From the NCBI RefSeq assembly GCF_009834535.1, contig NC_045697.1, positions 117,492,001-117,556,000 on the forward strand: a stretch of DNA of 64,000 nucleotides. Direction: 5' to 3'. Positions 54,158 through 64,000 of the stretch are shown here, piece after piece. This DNA comes from Camelus ferus (Eukaryota). The position numbers and the translations under genes are program-made. Position 1 is the stretch's first letter. Each line of letters begins with the position of its first letter. Below the pieces are notes generated by a model. That model made no database searches, had not been told where the DNA came from, and saw only the letters and a program-made list of their open reading frames with translations.

Positions 54158-54699
54158 AAAAGTCACTAATGTTAATTAGAATGATATGAATAACAGTGGC
54201 AAATGATAGGTCTTCAACGACAAAATGCTTGTCATAACTCCTGTCAGCATGAGCAATTTTGCTTCTCCCAGACTTCCCACACTTACGATTCAAGGAAGGT
54301 TTTAAAATATTTTTCACAGAGAACTGGCAAACTCTCCCCTCCTAGATTTTCAACTTTTGTCTTGATTTCTCAATGGTTCCTTCTCTTGCTCAAGTCTCTC
54401 AACTAATTGTTGTTTTTACCCCACTAAGTTTGGGCTGGTTTGCTACACCGCAGTCAATTACAGGAACAGATGTCTATATGTCATTTTATCTGTATTCCAA
54501 CCTACTTCCCCCACCGCCCCCCGCCCTGCCCCACTCCTCCTCTCTCCCCTCTTACAGCCAAATGTCTGCAAATAAGTTCAGGACCCGCATGCCATCTCCA
54601 CGTGCTCACTTACCATCCATGACTGCCCGCTCCAAGGGGTCTACAAATCGACGCTACCAAACCACCTGCTGCAGTCTCCAGCGACATTCCTGTCGCCCC

Positions 54700-56145
54700 G
54701 TCTAACAGACCACTGTCTCTCCTCCTCCGTGACTGTCACACGGGGACCCTGTACAAACCATTCAAAATTGCTTTCCCCTGCCCTTCACAACACCGCCTTC
54801 TAAGCAAGTTCTCCGACCTCTCTAAATCCTCCTCTCGGTCACCTTTGACCTTTCTCCTCCTCTCTGATCACGACATGCTGATTGGCCTCAGAATTCTGTC
54901 CTAAGCACACTCTTCTTCTCAAACCACATCCTCACCTTAGGCACCTCCATCCACAATCACACCTTCAATCATGTCCATGCAGAAATCTGCAAAATCTCCG
55001 TCTGCAGCCCAGAGCTTGCTCCTGAATCCCAGTACATCCACCTGGCTCCCAGACAGCGTCTCCAGCAGGTTCCAAGGGACGTTAAGTTCAGTGATCGTGT
55101 CTAAGGCTGAGCTTCTAATTTCCCCTTCAGCACCTTCTTTTCCTTTGCAAGCTCATCAGTGAACCGCACGCTAAGTTGCTGGAGACAGGAGCATATCCTT
55201 CCTTCCTTTTACCTCTTCCTCTACATGGAAGCACTCGCCATGTCTTGTTAATTACATCTTCAGAACATCATTCAGACGTGCCTTCCCTTCAGCTCCAAGT
55301 GCCTGGTCCAAGCCACTGTTACTGCCGTCCTGGAGTTTCCCTCCACTCTCCAGGCAGCAGCCACAGTCATCTTACCCATCACTTAATTCTGAATGATGCT
55401 TAAATCATCTCGCTTAAAACCATCCAGTCCTCCTATTGCTGTTATTTCAGTTTGAAAATCCCTGGGAAGTCCTTGCGTGATTAGCCACTGTCTCCTCTCC
55501 CAACCTTGTCTCATAAAGTTCCCCGACTTGAATTCTAGGTTCTGGTCTGTTATGGACTAATCTTGACTTATTGTTTCCTTTCCCCAGAAAGGACTGAAGT
55601 ACATGCATCCTCCTCTTGAGTACCACCAACATGATACAGCAGAAGTGATGCTGAGTAGGTCCTGGACCTCATCTTTAATAAGATGGCCAGCATCTGCTTT
55701 CTCCCCCTTGGACCATTCATCCCTGAGAAGCTCTCTGGAACTCAGCCATTATGCAATTAGAAGTCTAAGTTGCAGGGCAAGCTCCCAGCCAACATCCAGC
55801 AGCACCTGCCTGTCTTACCAGGGAGCCACCGTAGATTTTCCAGCTCCGTGAAGCCCCACTGAATGCACCCGGGGCAGAAGAACTGCCCAGCTGATACCAG
55901 TACACCTACAAAATTACGAGGGATAACAAAATGACTTGTTTTTACACCTCTACGTTTTGGCCTGGTTTGTTAAAATAACCGTCAATTATGGGAACAAATG
56001 TCTATATTTCATCTTATCTATAGTCCAGCTCACAGCGACGGAATCTGTGTTTTGTTTATTTACTACCATACTTCCAATGCTGACCAGAGTGCCTAGGCTG
56101 CCAGCAGGTGCCCAATTAATATGTATCGACTGCTTTAACTAAAAA
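54700..56145 (+). mobile_element. L2 remnant interrupted by a MaLR LTR (about 55590-55990)
   Basis: L2-like 'ccagagcttgctcctgaatcccagtacatccacctgg' and 'cttaaaaccatccagtcc'; MLT-like 'cagaagaactgcccagctga...gtttgttaa'. Confidence 0.55.
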
Positions 56146-56292
56146 ATAAATTAAAAAATCAATTTTTATTTGTATCCTATTTTAATAAGGGCAATGTAGC
56201 CTAATGGTTAAAATCTGAGCTGTCAGGCCAGACTTCATGAGTTAAATCCTGCCTCTCCACTTCCTGCTGAGTGATTAAGAAAATGTTACACT

Positions 56293-56431
56293 GGGGAGGG
56301 GAGGGTGTAGCTCAGTGGTAGAGCACATGCTTAGCATGCATGAGGTCCTGGGTTCAATCCCCAATACCTCCATTAAAAATAAATAAACAAACCTAATTAC
56401 ATCCCACCCCCCACCCCCACCCCACCCAAAA
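56293..56431 (+). mobile_element. Vic-1-like SINE inserted into a MIR (about 56190-56530)
   Basis: A and B boxes are present. TSD aagaaaatgttaca (56277-56290) and aagaaaacattaca (56432-56445); the MIR resumes at 'aactctctgtgcctcaattt'. Confidence 0.9.
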
Positions 56432-56740
56432 AAGAAAACATTACATGAACTCTCTGTGCCTCAATTTGATTCTCTACAGAGTGGGAGTAGTGTTGTGTTG
56501 AGGATTAAATAAGACAATACACATGTCAAATGGTGAATGGCACACCAGAGGCTGCCAGGGCAAGTTATTTATCATTTGTATCTATTTACTGAAATGATAA
56601 ACTGTGAAACAGACTCCCTTTGCTAGCTGGCTGCAGAGCTGGGGTTAGCAAGCTACTTTCCATCCTCTGGTTTTTTGTTTTTTTTTTTTTCTCCCTTCAC
56701 ATCTTCCTGTTTCTTGTTCTTTTTTTGTCACCATCACCCC

Positions 56741-57362
56741 TGGTAGGCAGAAAAACAGTCTCCCAAAAATCTCCATATTCTAGATTCCCAGAATCTGAGA
56801 AGACGTTAGGCTGCATGGTAAAGGGGAATGAGGACTGGAGAAGGAATTAAGGTTGCTGATCATCTGATTTTGATGCTGGGAGATTATCCCACTATGATCA
56901 CAAGAGTCTCCCTCTTTTTTTTTTTTTTTTTTAAAGCAACATAGGTGGAAACAGAGACCTTCAGATCTGGGTAAAAACAGTAAGTTAAAAGCATGGCTAG
57001 AATTTCAGAAAGTCAGATACAACGCAGAAACAAGAGGGTGCCTGAGTGATACAATCTGAGAAATGTGAGGGCAACGTGAGGAAGACCTGGCATTGCTGGA
57101 CTTGGGGACGGCCAGGCAGGAGCCAAGGAACACAGGGGGTGGTGGTGGGGGGCACATCCAGAAGACGCACAAGGCAAGGAAGTAGATTCTCGCCCCACCC
57201 CACCCAGGGCCTCCAAAAAGAATGGCAGCCCTGCTGACACTAGATTTGAGCTCACTGAGAGCAATTTCAGACTTCTGACCTCCAGACTGTAAGGCAATAA
57301 ATTGTGTTTTTCACCACTAAGTTTGTCGTAATTTATCACAGTAGTGATAGGAAATGAATACA
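56741..57362 (+). mobile_element. MaLR LTR (MLT1C/D-like)
   Basis: 'ggaattaaggttgctgatcatctga...gggagattatcc' and 'cagccctgctgacac...cagacttctgacctccagactgtaaggcaataaattgtg...ccactaagtttg...aggaaatgaataca'. Confidence 0.8.
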
Positions 57363-57602
57363 TCACCCATCATGTGTTTTGTGTGTGAATTCACAAACTG
57401 GCATGCAATTCCAAACATTAAAGCATGCTATGTTTTCTAAATGGTCCTTGGATTTGTGATGTTTCCTTCTGATATTTCCATTTGAGGCCATTAATATTCT
57501 TCTATCTCCCTTTATTAATACATTTTATCACTGAAAGTGATGAGAATATTTTGATTTCTCAGAGCTATTAATAAAGTTCAAGAATGGACAAAGTAAAGGC
57601 AC

Positions 57603-58497
57603 ACTGAAAAAGACTTATCATATGATCCAGGAATCCCACTCCTGAGCATATATCCAGAGGAAACTCTAACTCAAAAAGATACATGCACCCCAATGTTCAT
57701 TGCAGCACTATTTACAGTAGCCAAGACATGGAAAAAAACAAAATGTCCATCGACATGACTGGATAAAGAAGTTGTCTGCTGGTGGGAATGCAGTTTGGTG
57801 CAGCCATTGTGGAAAACAGTATGGAGATATCTCAAAAGACTAGGAATAGACTTACCATATGACCCAGGAATCCCGTTCCTGAGCATATATCCAGAAGGAA
57901 CCCTGCTCCAAAATGACACCTGCACCCCAATGTTCATAGCAGCACTATTTACAATAGCCAAGACATGGAAACAGCCTAAATGCCCATCAACAGATGACCG
58001 GATAAAGAAGACGTGGTATATTTATACAATGGAATACTACTCAGCCATTAAAAAGAATAAAGTAATGCCATTTGCAGCAACATGGACGGACTTGGAGATC
58101 GTCATTCTAAATGAAGTAAGTCAGATAGAGGGAAAAAATACGATATGATGTCACTCATATGTGGAATCTAAAACATGACACAAATGAACTTATTTACAAA
58201 ACAGAAACAGACTTACAGATATAGATAACAACTTATGGCTACCAGGGGAAAAAGGGGATGGGGGAAGGATAAATTAGGAATTTGGGATTTGCAGAAACAC
58301 ACTACTGTATATAAAATAAATAAACAAGGTATTACTGTACAGCACAGAGAACTATATTCAATATCTTATAATGGTCTATAATGAAAAAGAATATGGAAAA
58401 GAATATACATATGTGTAACTGAAGCATTGTGCTGTATACCAGAAACTATCACAACAATGTAAGCTGACTATATACTTCAATTACAAAAGAAAAAAAG
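57603..58497 (+). mobile_element. L1 3' end with a duplicated ORF2 C-terminal segment
   Basis: [29 protein letters not shown]...[18 protein letters not shown] matches the L1 ORF2p C-terminus; 57603-57775 is a diverged copy of about 57840-58015. Confidence 0.9.
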
Positions 58498-59850
58498 TAC
58501 AAAGACGAAAATATTAGAAAAAATTAAGTTAAAATTAGTAATTCAAGGACTTTAGAGTGGCTATCTCCACTGGAAATGTCAGCACCTCTGACCTGACCCT
58601 CCCCTGGAGAAGATAATTTCACCTCCTGATTCTCCAATGAGACAACAGAACTACTGAATTTATTGTAATTATAATAAATGCTCCTGAATCTATAATGTGC
58701 AGATTTAAAAAAAAAAAAAAAACAGCTCAACCCCTCTGCCAAGAGAGCTAACCCAATACACTGACTATTAAATTGATTCAGAGCAACAAGATGCAGAAGC
58801 TGCCACACCTGTAAATGAATCTTTAACCATATGTCGTGGTGTGTTTATATGCTAATGTCTTCAGAAATAGCACATCCTTTGATACCACCTGGTTGGCCAT
58901 ATTCTCTGAATTAGTGCCAATAAAATGGAATAAAATTATAACACATGAAGCCTGCATTCTTCAAACAGCAACAAGGATGCACATGGATTATTTGGTATAA
59001 GAAACTCTCAAAGCACTTTTAAAATCTTGAGCCACTACAGAGAGAAAACTCTCCAAATGGGGACATCCAAAAAGGAGGAGTCATTTCATGTGCAATCGTC
59101 CAAATACTGGTAATTTCTACAGAGCAAATATGAAAGTTATCCTCCCAGTAAAATATTAGTGTCTGCTTATTGCTTTGGGTATTCACCAGGGAATGAGAGA
59201 AGCAGAAAAAAAATGCCTTGGAAGAAACAAGTGTAGAATATCAAGTACTTTGAATTGAAGAGCTTAATGTGGTATATTTTCTGCTGCTCTACTCAAAGGC
59301 AATGTGTAAGATTGTGACTGGGTTTGATCGGTGATAAATCATTTTGGAAGCATTAGTGCAACTGGAAAATAGCAATGGAGAAGTTTCCCTCAGGACTGTT
59401 TACAGTAGTTTCTGTGTCTTCTTCCTGCACTTTTTTTGAGGGGTTAGTGAGAGAACAATAAAGAAAAAGATTGATAAACAAGAGTATATTGTGTCTGTCA
59501 TAGTGAGAGATCAATACGACCAACAGGTTTGTTTAAAGGTGAGGCAAAGGTAACTAATCAAACAGTGGTCAGAATAAAACCTAGTCCTGTGAACTGGGTC
59601 AGAATTAGGAGCAAAGGTAAGAGAAAGGCTAGACTATAGCTCAGAAGCCACAGGGGGACCAAGGTTCATTCTCAGCACCCTGTAATCATCACAGATGAGC
59701 AGCAGGACAGCTTTGTTGGAAGCTCACCAGCCAGCTTAGCAGGAAATAATTTCCTTCTCCTTGACTTCCCTTTGTTGTGATGGGCACAGACAGTGGTACA
59801 GACCCGGAACTGAAGTTAGAGCCCATCCAGGAGCAAAAGTTACTGTTATT

Positions 59851-60518
59851 CAGTATGGAGATCCCTTACAAAACTGAAAACAGACTTACCATGTGATCCA
59901 GCAATCCCACTCCTGGGCATATATCGGGGAAGACTCTTAATTCTAAATGATACATGCACCCCATGTTCACAGCAACACTGTTTGCAATAGCCAAGACATT
60001 GGAAGCAACCTAAATGTCCATCAACAGAAGACTGGATAAAGAAATTGTGGTATATTTATACAACAGAATACTACTCTGCCATAAAAAAGAATAAAATAAT
60101 GCCATTTGCAGTAGCATGGATGGACCTAGAGATTGTCATTCTGAGTGAAGTAAGTCAGGTAGAGAAAGACAAATATCATAAGACATCAGTTATATATGGA
60201 ATCTAAAAAATGACACAAATGAACTTATTTACAAAACAAAAAGAGACTCACAGACGTAGAAAACAAACGTATGGTTTCCAGAGGGGCAGCTGGAGGCAGG
60301 GATACATTGGGAGTTTGAAATTAACAGATACACACTATTATATATAAAATAGATGAACAACAAGGACCCACTGTACAGCACAGGGAACTCTATTCAATAC
60401 CTTGTAATGACCTATAATGAAAAATATGAAAAGGAATGTATGCACATTTATAAATGGATCACTATGTTGTACACCGGAAACTAACACAACACTGTAAATC
60501 AACTATACTTCAATTTTA
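59851..60518 (+). mobile_element. L1 3' end with a 16-bp TSD
   Basis: TSD aaaagttactgttatt (59835-59850) and aaaagtgactgttatt (60519-60534). Confidence 0.92.
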
Positions 60519-61097
60519 AAAAGTGACTGTTATTTGAGAAGGACCAAAACTACAGAAAGAGGTCAACAGATGCTAAGTCATAGCTTTACTGCTTAAAGAG
60601 CAGAGTTGGTATTTTCTCTAAGCTTCCACATAAAGACTTAGATAATATGCCCATAAGGTCTCATAAATGAGGCCCTCCCATTGGACTCATGCACGTTCAC
60701 TACTTCTCTTGGTCTCCAAGACTGGACCAAAACGCTGCCTTCTCTGCAGCTAGCGTGGCCGGGGGATGAAGCGTCACCACGTCCGGGCAATGACAAGTGA
60801 GAGGGAATGACATGTGCACATCCCAGGATGTGTTTTCAGCGCAGATGGTGCTTCTCTTCCTCTCTCCCCTCCTCATGCTGCTAGAAATAAGGACCTGGTC
60901 CTGAATCTCAGCTGGTGAGGCCGAAAGAGGCAAAGGCCTTCGGCTGGGGGAGTCTGGACTCCCAGGTGACCACGGGGAGAGACCCATCACAGCAGCCGTC
61001 GACCAGCTACATCAGGGTTGTTATATTGGTTAAGTCACCTTGAGGGGGGTCTCTTCTCTGCAAAGCCAAATCTGTATTATTATTAACAGTGTGAATT

Positions 61098-61283
61098 CGG
61101 CACAGGGAATTATATTCAATATCTTATAGTAACTCATGATGAAAAAGAATATGAAAATGAATATATGTATATTCATGTGTGACTGAAGCATTGTGCTGTA
61201 CACTAGAAATTGACACAATGTTGTCAACTGACCATACTTCAATAAATATATGTATATATATGCACACACACACACACAAAAAA
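61098..61283 (+). mobile_element. Short L1 3' end with a microsatellite tail
   Basis: 'gcacagggaattatattcaatatc...tacttcaataaa', with approximate TSD aacagtgtgaatt (61085-61097) and aacagtacgaatt (61284-61296). Confidence 0.87.
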
Positions 61284-64000
61284 AACAGTACGAATTAAAA
61301 AACTGGTCAGTAGTCAACAGGACTGAAGGATAGGATGTTCCTGGAATGAAGGGATAAGACCAGAAAGCGAAGCCTGGAGAAGTCAAGACTGAGAAACCTG
61401 TATTGTTTTCTCCGCAGAGGAAGCCACAGACCACTTGCTAAAGGAGCAAGACATGATGGAAGCTGTACATTCGAAAAGTACAGTGTGCAGATAGACTATA
61501 AGGAAGAAAGACGGGACACAGAAGCAATAAACGCTGTTGTCATAAAAGTGGGATGTAGGCTTATGACCACGACAGGAAAAACGGGATGGAGAGAGACCTT
61601 CCAATCTGGGGACAGAGCTGAGGAAACTGTGCAAGCATTTAAATTTAGGAAGAGAGGGATGTTTGTGAGCAAGAAGAAGACAGAAATAATAGTTGTTATC
61701 AAAGCCCATCTTAATCCAGTTAAGGCAACAGGAAAGAAAGTACCGTTTTAATGGTGTGGCCCAGCACTGGGTGAGCAGGATTTGTTTTTTCCAGTGTGTT
61801 AATTTCTAATCAAATTTAAGTGACAATTGGAGACACAAGTGTGGTGTCACTGAAGGGTGAGAGCCAGGCGTCTGTAACACAACGGCAGGGGAAGACCTGG
61901 GAGTAAACAAAATGGACAAGGAAGATCATGCAGAATGAAAATGGAACAGAAGAACAGAACCATTCCATGACCTCCTTCTTTTCAATTACTTTGCTTTGTC
62001 CCTCCCCCGGGATACAGGGTGAGCGGAAGGTAAGGTCCACATCACCGGGGACACCAAATGGCCTGAGAATAACCTGTCTCCCGAGTGATGGCGCCACTGG
62101 TCTTCTGGACCGATCCAGGTCATCAGAGGAAAGGGGTGAAGTGACAAGCCCAGTGGCGTTTCCCCAACATGGCAGAGAGCTCCCCTGTCCCAGGGTGCGG
62201 GCCCCTCCCGTGACGCCCAGTAATTTGTACATCACAGCAAAGATGGTCAAAAGGCTTTTCCCCTTCCCCTTCACTTCTTCTTCTAAAACTTCTTTCTCTT
62301 CCTTTCTGCTTCGGAACCACTGGGACCTTGATAGCTTTTCAAGATTCAGCAACACTAAGTTTCCGTCAGCAAAATGCCACAGCGACTGGCTTCCCACACC
62401 CTTTATCCAATTGCATTGGATAAAATTATCTGTAGTAGAAAATTTAGTTTGTTCCCACCATTTTTCATTTCATTTAATAAATTCTCTTCACCGTTTTTCA
62501 GATGAAAAGGACTGATGCCGAAAGAAAACCGTATTCCGGTCTCTACGGCAATGCTGAGGCACTGGGATGAACGCTCCTTCGGAAGTTCATCCTGACGATT
62601 TTCACAAATGCGTTTCCACTACACGTTGTTATTTCCTGCGTTTCAGATGGGGAAGTAATTCAAAACACCGACTGCAAATAATATTTAGGGAGAGTAGGCC
62701 AGTGCTCAGTGCTCAGAAGCAGCTAGACCTACGTTTTTAAGACACATTCACTCTCTCAGGCTCCAGAGCAGTAAAAATAAAATCTTCTCTCAGTGGTGGG
62801 AAAGAGCAAAATAAATTCCATGAACCAGTAACGACCTCAGGGAGCGGTTAAACAGTGGAAGGAGAAAGCAGAGACGTCTGAGCACAGCAGGGCCCAGTAA
62901 AAATAAAAACCGCAGACTGTGAGTGGGTCAGGGATGGACCCAACCTCAGATCTTCAAGGATGCAAGACCAGGAAAGTCAACCCCTCTGTTCCTGGATCTC
63001 CTCACTCACAGAAGGAAGGTAACAACCGACACCAGGGCTTCCGTAAGGAACAAAGACAGCAGCTGATCGCAAATTTTAAATGAATGGAGTTCTGCCATGC
63101 TAGCTTTTAAAGAATAAGTGTCAATACCGTAGCAAAGATCACAAAGGAAGAGTAAAAAATGTGTGTCTTTAAATGCTAGTTCCCTGCCTGGCTGATAGTT
63201 CAGCTTTTATTCCTTCATTGATTCGTACGGCAAAATGTTTAAACATTTAGATGATGCGGGACGTTACCTTAAACCCTTTTCCCTAATTCATCAGAAATGA
63301 CAGAAAAAGCTTCCTAAGTGGATGGGTGAGTTGCTGATAATTTCTCTGTGGTTTCTGGAATCTATTCCAAGCTCTCCAGGGTCTGCCTTTGAACTGAATC
63401 CCAACTATTGTCCCAGACCCACCTCAGCGTCCTCCCCTTCAGTCCATACTCCAGGTCACCCCATTTTTCCCTTCCCTGAAGCCACAGCCCCTGCTCGCTT
63501 GTAACTATTTATTAATTCACATACCATCTGAACCTATGACCCGCATTTTTCAAATTCATTATCTTATATTAACACACAAAATTTTCATATTTTACCAACA
63601 TACTATTATTAAAAGAGCATTAATATGTAATACAGTGCCCGGTTCAGCTGGACAATGAACACGCCAGCTCGGCCGTGTATTTTCTTTTTTTAAGCTTTGC
63701 ACTCTTCATAGAAACTACCCTGATTCCATGCAGGGAACTAAACCACAGTACAGCCTTAGTTTTGGGGTCCTGCTCTAATCACTCATCTTCCCCTGCCAGC
63801 TCCCTCTTTTGTCTCCCTCAAGTTCTTTCACAATTTTCTTCCAATAGAGTAAGACTACGTTTCAAGGTAGTATCGGAGCAAACGCTTCTTACCTGCAGCT
63901 GCTATATTTGGGGATACGATGTGTTTCACAATATAGCTGATTTCTTTCAACTTGGGTTAGTTTTTCAGGGGCTTTACTAAAACTAGAATGAGAAGTGTTT

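Noticed and set aside
61816..62515. Overlapping 193-aa and 195-aa ORFs on opposite strands
   Set aside because: No recognisable domain; chance ORFs in a GC-richer intronic patch.

Overview
Mammalian genomic DNA, most likely a camelid, judged from Vic-1-like tRNA-derived SINEs and artiodactyl-type L1 3' ends with no ruminant or pig SINEs seen. The whole window lies inside GRIA2 (AMPA receptor subunit GluA2) on the minus strand. Four amino-terminal-domain coding exons have canonical AG/GT ends: 22541-22302, 11146-10950, 6961-6908 and 3320-3158 (exons 3-6 by human numbering). Everything right of 22541 is the large intron 2, and everything left of 3158 is intron 6. The rest is intronic repeat sequence: many L1 fragments, SINEs, a solo ERV1-type LTR, MaLR elements, L2/MIR and microsatellites. 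The main anomaly is one extra base in exon 6 (163 nt instead of 162) that creates an immediate TGA at about codon 267. This is either a null allele or, more likely, a consensus error at a heterozygous C/T site. Other points of interest are a dense YCAY tract right after the exon 6 donor, a sharp GC3 contrast between exons 4 and 6, inverted L1 ends flanking exons 4-6, a tailless SINE/tRNA retrocopy, a twin-primed L1 and two short local duplications. I see no support for a novel gene system; the other ORFs in the track appear spurious.
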